From Octopus sinensis (lineage: Eukaryota): a stretch of 64,000 nt of DNA. The first letter of the stretch is position 1. Every line of letters starts with the position of its first letter. Where the stretch lies: assembly GCF_006345805.1 (NCBI RefSeq), contig NC_043016.1, positions 25,668,001-25,732,000 on the forward strand, read 5' to 3'. Under the pieces are notes generated by a model that ran no database searches, was not told the DNA's origin, and saw nothing but the letters and a program-made list of their open reading frames with translations. This document shows, piece after piece, positions 11,991 to 24,700 of the stretch. Both the position numbers and the translations under genes were made by a program.

Positions 11991-12832
11991 ATACATGTTT
12001 GTGTATGTATTCAATCTGTGCCACCCCTCCTACCAACACCATTATCACCTTTCACCACCATCACCATAACAACCACAAGCAATACTACCGCCACTGTATC
12101 CATAACCACTGTCATTCACAACATTTCTTCCTCAATCAAAGTGTGATGGCTAAATGAATAAAATATGAAACTATCTTGTCTCAGACATCAACATATCATT
12201 GTTTAACATCCTCCTTCAGTGCTGGCATGGGCGGAAACCTGTGCCATGCTTCTGAGTGTGTTTTCATGTGGTTTCCTTCCTAACACCAACCACTCTGTAG
12301 AGTGGGCTGAGTGCCTTATGTGGCAGGTGAGATCAGTTTTGGTGTTTTTACAGCTGAATGCCCTTCCAAATGCCAACCTCTTTACAGTGTGAACTGAGCT
12401 CTAACTGTGATAACCTACTATCCTTTCCTGGTAGAGGTTACCCTCTCACATATTGCTGAACCCACTTGTTAATTTACTGTTTCTGAAACCTTCTCTGCTT
12501 TTTCATCTGCAAAGTTTTAGTTTCAATGAATTACATTGTTTGCTATGAGACATTCTTGTTATTTTCCATGTCATGTAAAATGGTATTTGGGCTGGGAGTT
12601 CAATTATTCTATCTATCTGGATGTAAAAAATCTCATAAATTGTTACCTTTTAGAGCCTTGTTTAAAGGATTGTGTCTGCATTTTTTACCTGACCAGATCT
12701 TATGTCATTCCTTATTTTCTTTCTGAGTTAATACTTCCAGACTGTTACAAAACGATCAATATTTTCCATTTGACTGATTCCACATGTGGCACATGTTGAG
12801 CAGATAACAACAAACTCTCCATTTTTTACTAT

Positions 12833-13064
12833 AATACCTTAGCATTCAGATTACTCTTTCAAATGTATTGCTTCGAATGTACTACTCACATCATTTTGAG
12901 TTAATCCTGCATTATCTTGTAGCTCCAAGATTTTGATGATGTGATTGTTTATTTTTAGAATGACATTGTAGGGTAGGAGCGAGAGTCTAGATCTGGCCAG
13001 TTTCAAAATAAAACATGTAGAATATTTGGACCAGATATGGCTATTTTAAATATTAAAGAGTTAA
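12833..13064 (+). mobile_element. TTAA-type MITE family M2
   Basis: CCTTAGCATTCAGATTACTC...TTTAAATATTAAAGAGTTAA; reverse copy at 58822-59048; partial copies near 19700, 37425, 45550 and 56290. Confidence 0.7.
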
Positions 13065-13359
13065 ACTTTCTCTGGAAGCTATTCCTACAATGAGTCCTGA
13101 TTTTTTTTCCACATTCTTTGTATCTCTGCAGAACTGTCCATAAAACTTCCCTTCTCCTAGCATTTCCTTTTCTTTTACAAATTACCCTGTTTTCATATGT
13201 TTTCTTCTCCTCAAATTCAACGCCACTAAGTCCTACTTCTATTGCAGTAAGCATGTTTAAGTAGTTTTTTTCTTCACTCTTTCCAAGGTAGTGGTTTATT
13301 GACCTTTGTTTCCATTCACACAATCAGAAATGCTAATAAGTCTTCTCTCCCCAACTTCC

Positions 13360-13525
13360 ATTTCGTGTATAAATGGCTGACATTTGCCTTCATATGAAAC
13401 ACTCCATGCATAGAGTTTTACTTGTTTTTCCAATGTATCATCTTCCACTTAATTCACTATTCCAGTACTATGAAGCACAACTAATAAAAGCCTGTATGTT
13501 CATTGTATACATTAAATTCCTTGAA
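13360..13525 (-). pseudogene. possible decayed GIY-YIG endonuclease fragment (PLE)
   Basis: Minus strand reads NLMY...YIGKTSKTL...SAIY with stops, resembling the PLE pattern YIGxTxRxL...SAIxxH. Confidence 0.3.
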
Positions 13526-14169
13526 TTTTGTAGATTTCTGTACAAGCTTTTAATTTTAGCAAATATATTGTTTTTAGTTTTTCTTTCTTTTCTCTGTACA
13601 TGAATTCACCAAGTTCCATCTACTGTTCTTGATTTGTGTGTTCAAGTATTACAAAACTCAATCGAAACCTTTAACACAATCAAACAAAGCTATGAAGATC
13701 TACAGATTTATGTTTTGAAATAGAAATAAGAATGTACATAAAATGTAAAATTTCCATTGGTTCTGCTAATTATCATCATCACCACCTTGACCATCATATT
13801 CCATGTTTGTATTGGTCAGATAAAATTTGTTGGGGAAAGTTTTCTGTCACCAGATGTTCTTCCTGTCACCAACTCTCTTCATTTCAAATATCAACAGCTC
13901 ATTGGGGTACCAAGAATTTGGAATACAGAATGCAACCTGGACAGTGAAGCTGAAGATTCAGGGCAAGGCATTGTCTCTAGAGATAAATGTGTGTATGTGC
14001 ATGCATGCATCTGTGTTTTTGTTTATTCTACATTGGTCTAATTTTCTAATTTAACCTTTCATCTATTCAGGGCCAATAAAATGGAGTACTGGGCTGGTGT
14101 TATTGTTAGTATGTTGGACAAAATGACTTACAGCAGTATCTGTTTTAGCTCTGTATCTTCTGATTTCTT

Positions 14170-15097
14170 ATTCACTGACATACTATGACATGGCTTTTTG
14201 GTTGGTAGGTAATCTGTCATATGTTCTTGTATGTGCCGAGCTGTGTCTACTCCTTTTGCAAGCATTACGGCCAGGTTTCTTATTAACTATTTCCTTCAGG
14301 AGCCCTAAAGGAATAAATATAAGGGGCAGGGAGTGCTGATTCTTTCTCTCCATAACTAAGAGGTAACCCTGACACCTCACCTGTACCATCCTTTCTCCTT
14401 TTCTTGCTCGGGTTGTCATGAATATGAAAAGTCCATTGAGTCCTCATTGCCCACCAAGACCTGTTCCTGTCCTGTTATCATACCTTTAGCCTCTCATCAC
14501 CTGGCATGAAGCCACTTCCCTCAGTACCACCACCTCTAGTTAATTAAAAGACTTTCATCTTACAGACAGGTTTCTTTCACTAGTGATGGTACCATGCTAT
14601 CATGAGAAAAGCACTGTAGTACATGCTGTAAAGCAGTTGACATTAAGAAGGGCGTCCAGTAGTACAGGAATCAGAAAACCAGGGTAAATTACCCTAAGTG
14701 GGGTAAAAACGAAATTCTTAGGGGTAATGAGAACTCATTAGACTCCAGTAAAATTATACAAAAAAACATGTTCCTTATTACAACAGAATTTTTTTTTGCT
14801 GGCAACACTGCATGTGTCCAATGTAATGGATGTGTAAATAGAGTCATATAAATGGATTTAATAAACCTTTTGAATTCAAAGAATCTATGATTTTTCTTCC
14901 TTTCAAATCAAGTAGGTAATGTTGGCGTAAATAAATATATTTGGGGCAATTGGTTAAAAGAGTTCCCTGACTCCTGTAGAAGTAGAAACAATGCTAAAGC
15001 CAACAGTGCAGCCTGATGCAGCTCTGCAACGCATCAGATCAAGACAAACTGTCCAACTCCTACCAGCATAGAAATCAGGCGTTAAATAACGATGCTG
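14170..15097 (+). mobile_element. decayed RTE 3' region interrupted by a hAT MITE
   Basis: CT-rich UTR, GTTGACATTAAGAAGGGCGTCCAG motif, terminal CAGCATAGAAATCAGGCGTTAAATAACGATG. Confidence 0.55.
14665..14976. mobile_element. hAT-type MITE
   Basis: TIRs CAGGAATCAGAAAAC / GTTCCCTGACTCCTG; 8-bp flanks CAGTAGTA / TAGAAGTA (6/8 identical). Confidence 0.75.
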
Positions 15098-15144
15098 ATT
15101 ATATTGTGTGTATGTGTTTGTTTGTATGTATGTCTGTATGTATA

Positions 15145-15499
15145 TCTTCTTCTTCTCTCTATATATAAACGGCAGTTTGTCTGTGTGTGTTTCTGTGTGT
15201 CTGTTAGGTTGTACCCTCACCCTGACCACGGCTTTCAACCGATTCTGATGAAACTTGACACACACAGAGCCCAATGTCATAATTCAAAACTAACGCAGCG
15301 AAAATTTTGAAAAGTTCCCCCAGTTCTGAAAAAAATTGATAAATTCGACATGGGGTCGAGAATCAGAAACACAAACCACAGACTGTCTAGGGAACGCAAC
15401 TTTACCGTCATTTTTTTCCCATTTTTTGGCTATAACTCTCTAAAAATGCTTTATAGTTATTCCCTTACAAACCCGAGCAACGCCGGGCGATACTGCTAG
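15145..15499 (+). mobile_element. non-autonomous Helitron
   Basis: A|TC 5' end followed by CTATATATAAA and (GTCT/GTGT)n; subterminal GC-rich hairpin CCCGAGCAACGCCGGG; 3' CTAG|T; no TSD. Confidence 0.85.
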
Positions 15500-15530
15500 T
15501 AGATCATATATGTGTGTGTGTGTGTGTATG

Positions 15531-15585
<55 letters not shown>

Positions 15586-15590
15586 ATATA

Positions 15591-15623
<33 letters not shown>

Positions 15624-16609
15624 CTCATGTGGTGGTGATCTGATAGTTCCAGCATCTATAGGAGATGGTTCTCGTCTGCCAATGAAATGAATATAAGTGC
15701 TTTTATGCACTACCAGTCCATATGAGAGATTCTTTCAAGGTAAATAACACAGTGTTTGGTGTTCTAACAAAACACATTGTGTTGGACATAAAGGATTGCC
15801 TTTTCTCACACATACACACACACACACACACACATGCATATATATTTGTAATATATTTACATGAGACTCATGTAATATAGTGTCTTTGTCCCCCCCCCCA
15901 TTTCTCCTCCCCTGTACTCCCATCCCCTCTACCTCATCTCTCCTCTTCTCCCTCATGAAGAAGATAGATCCCATTGAGATGTCCGAAAAAATTTTAAAGT
16001 TACCATATTAAATGAACACTTTTTTTTATTACACATTTTTATATTCAAGAATTTGTGGCATAGCCCCATGTTTGTGTGTGTATGTGTGTGTTGTGCACAC
16101 ATATATATTTGTGTAATGTATCTATGTGTGTGTGTGTGTGTATAAAGCATATAAGTAGTTTTTTTATTGTATAACTAGGGTCAAACTGTTTAATAATGTA
16201 TTCCATTTTTCTCTCTTTTTTTGTTTCCTTCATAAATTTTATTTACAAGATGGTGGAGTTGGCTGATATTTCTAGCATTCCAATATTGAGCGACTTCATA
16301 TAAAATGCCACCCTTGTTTGCTAGGCATTACCAGCAGGCATCAAAATTCCTCGGCATAATTGATCAATTAAGTTAATGTTAATATAATGAATATAGGAAA
16401 ACTTTCAAAAAAAATCTAACGAGGGATAATTACGCTGTAAGGAGAGGTAGGAAACAAATGAATATTACTCAGTCGTTATAATGATTTGAGCCAACTCTTG
16501 ATTGTGGCCATGATATGGCATGATCACATGACCTGAAAATATCCATTTCAAGAGTAATTATTTGTCATTCTTAAATTTGTGGCTGCAAATATACATATAT
16601 AAAATGCAT

Positions 16610-17157
16610 ATTCTTTTACTTGTTTCATTCATTAGACTACATCCATGCTGGGGCACTGTCCTGAAGAAATATAGTTGAATGAATCAACCCCACTACCTTT
16701 TTTTGTTTTTAAAACCTGTTATTCTATCATTCTCATTTGCTAAACTGCTAAGGGATGCAAACAAACCAATACTGGTTGTCAAGTGATGATAGGAGACAAA
16801 CAGACACACACACACCCACAATGGGCTTCTTTCAGTTTCTGTGTACCAAATCCATTCACAAAGCTTTGGTCAGCCTGAGGCTGTTATAGATTTGCCCAAG
16901 GTACTGTGTAGTAGGACTGAACCTGGAACAATGTGGTTGGGAAGCAAGCTTCTTTACCTCACAGCCATGCTGGTGGCCATGCTGGAGCATCGCCTTTAGT
17001 CGAACAAATCGACTGCAAGACTTATTCTTTGTAAGCCTGGTACATATTCTATTGGTCTCTTTTGCCAAACCGCTAAGTTATGGGGATGTAAACACACCAG
17101 CATCGGTTGTCAAGCGATGGTTAGGGGACAAACACAGACACACAAACATATACATAC

Positions 17158-17193
<36 letters not shown>

Positions 17194-17333
17194 GCTTCTT
17201 TCAGTTTCCATCTACCAAATCCACTCACAAGGTTTTAGTCGGCCTGAAGCTATAGTAGAAGACACTTGCCTGAGAACCCCGGGACCATGTGGTTGGTAAG
17301 GAAGTTACTTACCACACATCCACTCCTGTGCCT
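16610..17333 (-). mobile_element. two abutting SINE A copies (older 16610-16970, younger 16970-17333)
   Basis: Two successive reverse-complement matches to family A. Confidence 0.85.
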
Positions 17334-17771
17334 ATACACACATAAAATTCATACCTATGCATACATACATAGATATATACTTATGTTCAAACATACATAC
17401 ACATACCTTTATTTTTTCTAATTTTGGCACAAGGCCAGCAATTTTGAATAGGTGGGCGGAGAAGTTGATTAGTTCAATCTTAGTGTTCAAATGGTACTTA
17501 CAGCACAAAATGATGAAAGACAGAGTCAACCATGACAACTTTGAACTCAGAATGCACATGAATATGTTGCATATCTTTGCAAAAATGTGTGTGCATATGC
17601 ATTTTTCCATAGTGTTGTAGTTAAAGCAGATATAATGTCTGCTTTGCCCACAGATGGTTGTGAGTTCAAATTCACTAATCTTATACAATATCTCTAATCT
17701 TTTTTTTTTTCGTCAAGATGGTGCCCCAGCATGGCCACAGTCCAATGACTGAAACAAGTAAATTATAATAT

Positions 17772-17808
<37 letters not shown>

Positions 17809-18422
17809 GTCTTCATCATTAGGATAGTGGTGATGATGATTATGATGAAATTTGAAAGTCTTTATTGTTGCAAATACAATTTACCATTAAATAGGTGAAT
17901 GTGTGTATGTGTGAGTGTGTGTATATGTGTATATATATATATAATATATATATAAAGCTAGGGTGTATGTGTTTAAAAAAGTTATGTGTACACACACACA
18001 CATGCAATCTATCTGCAATATATATTCATATAACATCTATCTGTCAGTTATATATATACACACACACAAAATTTTAACAAATATAACAAAAAGATAGCAA
18101 ATAAATAAAATATTCCAGTTTTGTTTGAAAAACACTGTGTTTGTTTTAAATAAAAAAATTTTTGTCAGAAAGTGAACACCTAAAGTCACTACATTTGTGG
18201 GTTCTTAACTGTTTTTAATAATTGTCTCCTCTAAGTGGCTTCTTCATAATTAGGTTAAAAAATTACTTCACTTCCTCTGCTGCATAGCCTAGATGTTCTA
18301 AGCATTGAAAAAGTGACATGAAGACGTCATTTTCTTTTATTTTGCTTTTTTGTTTTCTTCCTTATTTTTTCTTTCTTTTCAGCTTTTTTTTTTTTTCTAC
18401 TTTTCTTTTTCTTTTTTTACAG

Positions 18423-18494
18423 TACATATGGACCGAATTTAAAATGTCTATCTGCTTGACCTAATAAATTTTCCAATGTGCATACTAACTAGTA
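18423..18494 (+). CDS. candidate exon or alternative terminal exon (phase-2 frame TYGPNLKCLSA*)
   Basis: Very long polypyrimidine tract ending tttacag at 18422; TGA at 18457-18459; AATAAA at 18463; gtaagt at 18495. Confidence 0.3.
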
Positions 18495-19296
18495 GTAAGT
18501 AAATGTAGGGAGAAACAAAGAGAGGAAGTGAAAAAAAGAGGGAGGGGGAGAAACAGAGAGAGGTGTACATATGCGTGTGTTTGTATAAATGTATGTATGT
18601 GTTTGTGTATATGTGTGTATGCGGGTGAGTGTGTGTATGTATATATATTCTTACACATGCATATTTGTGTACACACACACACACACACACACATATAGAC
18701 ATGCATATACACAGTATATATAATACACACATACATATAGACATACTTTACATTTTACATAGTGCAAACGTTATCTGATACACAACTTGATGTGTTGGGT
18801 AGAGTGGATAGATATATATTATCAAAAAAAAAAAATAAAATAAATAAATAATATAACAGTCTACCTTGAGTTTCACCCTCCTACCTTTGGTTAATCATAG
18901 TTGTAAACACACACACACACACACACACACACAACACACACACACACACACACTGCAAGTGATCTCTGAGAGCCTCTCCTGCTGGTTCACAGATCTTTTT
19001 AGTTGTTGTTTTAGCCCAGTGTCATTCATGATTGAGCAGATTTATTTATTACCAAAGGCCATTCCAGTTGTGACCATCCCATCCCATCCTATCCTATCCC
19101 AACCTAGTGAACAATGCATCAAGAACCCTACCACCTTAAATACATGCACTACTACTTCAGGTGGTGGTTCATGCATGCATGCACATGCACACACATACAT
19201 TTTGGCTGGTCCAGTTGTCAGGTCACCTGACAATAATCAGTTGGGTTGATTGGATAGAATAAACCATTTGAGGGAAAAAAAAAAAGGCATTATATA

Positions 19297-19517
19297 CTTC
19301 TTTACTACCCACAAGGGGCTAAACATAGAGGGGACAAGCAAGGACAGACAAACGGATTAAGTCGATTACATCGACCCCAGTGCGTAACTAACTGGTACTT
19401 AATTTATCGACCCCGAAAGGATGAAAGGCAAAGTCGACCTCGGCGGAATTTGAACTCAGAACGTAACGGCTACTCATTTCGCCCGGTGTGCTAACGTTTC
19501 TGCCAGTTCGCCGCCTT
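19297..19517 (-). mobile_element. SINE family B, young full-length copy
   Basis: 18-bp TSD AAAAAAAAAGGCATTATA at 19277-19294 and 19520-19537. Confidence 0.92.
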
Positions 19518-20139
19518 CTAAAAAAAAAGGCATTATAACATGTCTTTCCTATCACTATACATCACATGACTACACTACACCACTACAACAGTTAACCTGT
19601 TCACTGATTGCCATTGTTGTTCTTCTTGTTGCTGTTATTGTCATCATGTGCTAATGTCATAACATTCCTCCTACTGCATTTAAACCTTCCATGTACAGCC
19701 TAAATACTCCACCCGTTTTATATTCAAAACGGCCAGATCTGGCCTCTCACTCATACCCAACAATATAATTTTAAAAATAAATAATCAGATAGGTGCATGC
19801 GTGGTGCTGGAGCACTGCTTTTAGTCAAGCAAATCCACCCCAGGACTTATTCTTTGTAAGCCTAGCACCTATTCTATCAGTCTCTTTTGCCGAACCACTA
19901 AGTTATGGGGACGTAAACACACCAGCATCGGTTGTCAAGCAATGTTGGGTGAGGGGACAAACACAGTTACACAAACATATATACACACAGACACACACAC
20001 ACAAACAGACCTCTGACCTCTGCCTGAAGTCCGAACGCCATGATAGACTGTTAGGTTACGGGGATGTAAACACACCAGCATCAGTTGTCAAGCAATGTTG
20101 GGTGGGGGGACAAACATATATACACACAGACACACACAC

Positions 20140-20382
20140 AAACAGACCTCTGACTTCTGCCTGAAGTCAGAACGCCATGATAGACCGTTAGCTCCTACAC
20201 ACATTTTTTTCTCTCCTTGTTTCTCTCTTTGTTTCTTTTCTGTGTATCTTTCTGTCGAAGAGCGTAGGCTCGAAATGTAAAAGACTTGTTCTATTTCTAT
20301 TCCTGAGTGCCATACTAATACATTTGTTTGTTTGTACTCCACCTGCCTTTGTCTTTTGTTTATTTTCGTAAACCTTCCCGTT
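20140..20382 (+). mobile_element. Penelope-like fragment carrying a hammerhead-like motif
   Basis: Unrelated to the host SINE, pyrimidine-rich, contains the motif at 20247-20284, lies in the SINE (CA)n/(TA)n. Confidence 0.55.
20247..20284 (+). ncRNA. minimal hammerhead-like motif (A6U variant)
   Basis: UCUUU CUGUCGA A GAGC-GUAG-GCUC GAAA UG UA AAAGA. Confidence 0.55.
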
Positions 20383-20789
20383 ATATATATATACATATAT
20401 ACGATGGGCTTCTTTCAATTTCCATCTACCAAATCCACATGCAAGGCTTTGGTCAGCCCGTGGCTATAGTAGAAGACACTTACCCAAGGTGCCATGTAGT
20501 GGGACTGAACCCAGAACCATGTGGTTCGTAAGCAAGCTATTTACCACACAGTCACTCCTACGCCTATATATTTATATTTATTTTGTAAACAAATAATACA
20601 ATATTACATAAGCTGATAATTTGTTTACTGCAGTGCATAAGACGAAATTACTGAAATTGTGCTATTGTTTTGTTCTTTTCTGGAAACTCACTGCATACTG
20701 GCAGCTGATGGCTCGCAGACCACCAATTTGTGTAGCACTGATGTAGCTCAATAATTAGTAAAAGTAAGTACCCTGAACATTCCTGTCTT

Positions 20790-21033
20790 GAGTTTAATGA
20801 CTCATAGGGTCAGTTACCTGGTTTCCATAGCATATAAGTGACCAAGATCACAACATTCCCCCTCAACGGAACACTGGTCAGTCACACCGTTACCTATTTA
20901 CAGCTGAGTGGACTGGAACAATATGAAATGAAGTATTTTGCTCCAGAACGTAGTGTACCAGACAGTTTGGGAATTGAAACCACGACCTAATGGTCATGCC
21001 TACAACACTGACCACTGGGTCATGCATCCTCAC
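20790..21033 (-). mobile_element. CORE-type SINE (C2), diverged
   Basis: TTTACAGCTGAGTGGACTGGAACAATATGAAATGAAGT is the reverse complement of the CORE-like block at 59265-59330. Confidence 0.7.
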
Positions 21034-21438
21034 AACTCAATACAATTTGTTTTTTCCATCACTAAAAATTTTTTTTTATATTCAATAAAAAACCTTTGAC
21101 TTTGTAATATTCAAGTCAAAAATTCAAAATGTTCTACTGAATAAGAGTTGCTTTGGTTTGGGTACTGATTGACATTTTGAAGCATAAACCAAATGTTGAG
21201 TGCTTTAATTCTTGATACCAACCCTCTTGTGACCACCCCTGGTTCTCGGTTAATTTATGTTTGAAACATTAGCTTGATAATGACAAAGTTATATTACTAA
21301 ATTCTTCATTACAATCAAAAGTAATTAAAAAAAAAAAAGCAGCGTATTTCAACAGGAATTAAAGTGATGTAAAATGAATAACATTTATGTATTTGTTTTG
21401 CAAAATTCTTGATGTGAAACCGTGTATTGAAACGGATA

Positions 21439-21519
21439 TTGTTATACTTGGGGGTGGTCATATTTTCCGATTAGTGCTTGTGTTAATTGGCAAAATATGA
21501 CCATCCCCAAGCATAACAA
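21439..21519. repeat. compact hairpin, ~35-bp arms, 10-nt loop
   Basis: TTGTTATACTTGGGGGTGGTCATATTTTCCGATTA / TAATTGGCAAAATATGACCATCCCCAAGCATAACAA. Confidence 0.9.
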
Positions 21520-21734
21520 AATTAATAACCTTCTATCAAAATTTCACGTTAATTTATCTTCCAGTCATCAGTTATTTCTCTAAATTCTTCCTTATTTTAA
21601 ATATTTATCGAAACACTGGCAATCTATTTCACCCAGAAAATGGTGACGAAAGGAAACATGCTTGCGTAGGTTGGACAGCTCCCTTTCAAGCACAGGATCT
21701 TATTGCTATTTTGCTTTGACTTTAACCTTTGTGA

Positions 21735-22117
21735 TTCTTTTATTCTTTTACTTGTTTCAGTCAGTTGACTGTGGCCAATCTGGAGCACTGCTTTGAAGGG
21801 CTTTAGTTGAAGAAATCGATCCCATAGGACTTATTTTTTTAAAGTCTAGTACCTATCCTATCAGTCTCTTTTGCCCAACCACTAAGTTACAGGGATATAA
21901 ACACACCGACATCAGTTGTCAAGTGGCGATGGAGAGACAAACACACACATAAACATGGCAGGTTTCTTTCAGTTTCCATCCACCAAATCCACTCACAAGG
22001 CTTTGATTGGTCCAAGGTTATAGTAGAAGACACTTGCCCTAGGTACCATGCAGTAGGACTGAACCCAGAACCATGTGGTTGGGAAGCAAGCTTCTTATCA
22101 CACAGCCATGCCTGTAC
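21735..22117 (-). mobile_element. SINE family A
   Basis: Full reverse-complement match. Confidence 0.85.
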
Positions 22118-22139
22118 CTTTGTGATGATAAAAAAAGTC

Positions 22140-23090
22140 TTGAGATATATTTTCACTATTTCTGTATATGTCCTTCTCAGATACCTTTTCTTCCCCTTTA
22201 TATCACCTGGCATTTCTTTACCCAACAGTTATTACCCTTATCCAATACAGATCTGTACCAGTGCAAGTACCCCAATTACACACCACAAATAATTCCAGTT
22301 TATCACACGATATACCCAGCTTATCACTTGACGTACATGTGCCCCCCCCCCATTTTCTCCCACAGACATTGCACATCCAATGGACAATGCTCACTTCATT
22401 TCTTTCCAGCCTTCACATATCTTCTTGCATTCAGTGCCTGTGTCGCATCTCTTGCACATCTTCATACAATATAACCTTTACATCATGTGAGAATTCCTTT
22501 GTCACCAGAAAAATTTTTTTTCTTATTTTTGCTACTATGATTTCAGAGCAACCCTCATGCATCATTCATTGGATCATCTAGGTAACAGTAGTTATCATAT
22601 CATTTCTGTGGAATCTTCTGAACAGTGGAGAGACTCTATTTTAGTAGTACTCAGCTTACTAACTACATCTTTACATCTGCCACATATAAGTCTCTCATTT
22701 CTGTTAGTCTTTCTATGATCCAATGTGCAGCAGCTACAGTTGACACTGGTACACCTTATGCAGTTCCTGCTAATTCCTTTTCTGCATGTCAAATATGACT
22801 ATTTCCTTATGGTAGCAGCATCATTGCTATCTTTTCTTTTAGTTTTGACTGAATTTACTCCGGGCCCTCTTGGTACTAGGGTTTGTTTTGATGTCTCGAT
22901 TTTCTTCTCTAAATCTTCAGCTGAATCCTAGATCATTAATCTAGGAGTTTATGGTCAGCTGGCCCTTAAACTCCTGCATCAGAGAACTATAATAAACTGG
23001 AGGAGGCTGAAAACCAAACTTTCATGCAATCTTATCTGCCTACTAAATGCTTCAATACCATGCATTGTTGTGAAGAAAACTTCTTAACTG
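22140..23090 (-). pseudogene. decayed RTE ORF C-terminal fragment
   Basis: Minus strand LVTKEFSHDVKVILY...EDM*RLERNEVSIVHWMCNV parallels LVTKGLSLRVKGRLY...EDMRKLARNEASMLQWVCNV at 31279-31776. Confidence 0.7.
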
Positions 23091-24077
23091 TATAACCATT
23101 CTCTCACACTCACAGATGCACACGCACGCGCACACACACACTCACACACACACACACAGAGTCCTTATTGATTGTAGTTGCTGTGTGTGTGCATCAAATG
23201 CCAGCAATGTAGGACTTTGTGTTTGCATAATATTCAGTTGAACACCATCATTTCTGACAAGTGCTTTACTATTATATATATATATATTATATATATATAT
23301 AATATATATATACATATATATATGCCCAGTTATGTGTGTGTATATGCATGCATACATGTACACATATACATGCTATAAAGTGGAGACTAACATATTTAAT
23401 CTAGTAAGCAAGGGAATTTCAGTTTTTGAGGTAAGGAGGGGTATGTCAGGTACTTTCATGCTTTTCAGCAGAGCCTCAGGTATTGATAATACTGTCTACA
23501 TGTTGAGATGCTGGAAACAGCGGCCAGTCTGGAGATTAAAGTTGAGAACAAACAAAAGCAATATGTGCCCCTAGCAAGCCCCTGCTTCCTTCTAGTTGAC
23601 CTTCATAACCCAGGAATGATTGTCAAGAATTTCTATTATCATGTGACCTTCTGGCTCCCTTGATGTGATACACTCCTCCTCCTCCTCCACCAGATTACAC
23701 CTGCAGCCCCACAATACAAAGGACTTCTTGAAGGCTGTCATTATTGGCAGCATGATGGGCAACATAGAGAAGAATCATTTGATCCTGACTTGCAGTCATT
23801 CTTGTAGCTTCTGAAACGCTGCTGTTGAGGCTCAAAACAATCTGGTTTTCTTTAATCTATATCTCTCATGCACACATGCTTTCTTATTCATCCCATAATG
23901 TTTCCATACACACACACACAGACACGAGAGGAAGAGATAGTATATATTTGAAACGTTGTCATTATTAAATAAAGTCTGCATTTGAAAAGTCATATCTTCA
24001 AAAAATTAGAGCACTAATCAAATATCATAGAAGATAGAAAATAATTTATTCTTTCATTGAAGTGTAATGTTTTAGGT

Positions 24078-24492
24078 GCAGATGTAGCTATGCAGTTACA
24101 AAGCTTGTTTCTAAATCCTTTGGTCTCAGGCTCAGTCACACTGCATGGCAGCTTAGACGAGTGTCTTCTATTTTAACCCTGGGCTGACCTTGTGAATTGA
24201 TTTAGTAGGCAGGAACTGAAGGAAGCCTTTTGTGTATGTGTATAATCTGTGTGTGTGTGTGTGTATCCTTGTCTAACCATCTCATGATGGTTGTAAATGA
24301 TTATCACCATCATAGAAGTAGAAGCTGCTCATGTCCAGTTTTCCATGAAAATAAGACATCTAGTCATTGGAAATAGATACGGGTTGGTGACAAGAAGAAC
24401 ATCTGGCTGCAGAAAAATTCACCTCAAATAAACTCCATCTGATCCATGCAAGCATGGAAAAGTGGATGTTAAACTTTGATGATAATGATGAT
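24078..24492 (+). mobile_element. composite SINE: family-A head with RTE-type tail
   Basis: A-like head and microsatellite, then TTTTCCATGAAA...GGTTGGTGACAAGAAGAACATCTGGCTG...CATGCAAGCATGGAAAAGTGGATGTTAAA(ATG)n. Confidence 0.6.
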
Positions 24493-24700
24493 TACAAATT
24501 ATGGAGTTGTACTTGCATAGCAAGTGACCTGATCTGAGATTGTGTGCTAGAACGAAAACAGTTGCAGCGTGGAAGGTGTTTATAAGTCATTTAAGAAACA
24601 CACAAAAACCGTTAGATTCACTTCAACATTTAAATTTAATTTGTCAAAATATTTTCGTCACTTTGAGACCGCGACCTGTTCACTGACAAAAATTCCGTAG
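24493..24700 (-). mobile_element. Penelope-like fragment
   Basis: Distinct CpG-containing island that carries the hammerhead motif at 24640-24690. Confidence 0.45.
24640..24690 (-). ncRNA. minimal hammerhead motif with swapped G3-C8 core
   Basis: UUUGUCA GUGAACA G GUCGC-GGUCUCAAA-GUGAC GAAA AUAU UU UGACAAA: 7-bp stem I, 5-bp stem II, palindromic stem III. Confidence 0.6.

Larger units (their letters stand above)
19803..20565 (-). mobile_element. SINE A interrupted by a PLE-like fragment, with a ~140-150-bp tandem duplication
   Basis: Tail half 19803-19990 and head 20400-20565; 19901-20053 repeated at 20055-20191. Confidence 0.85.
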
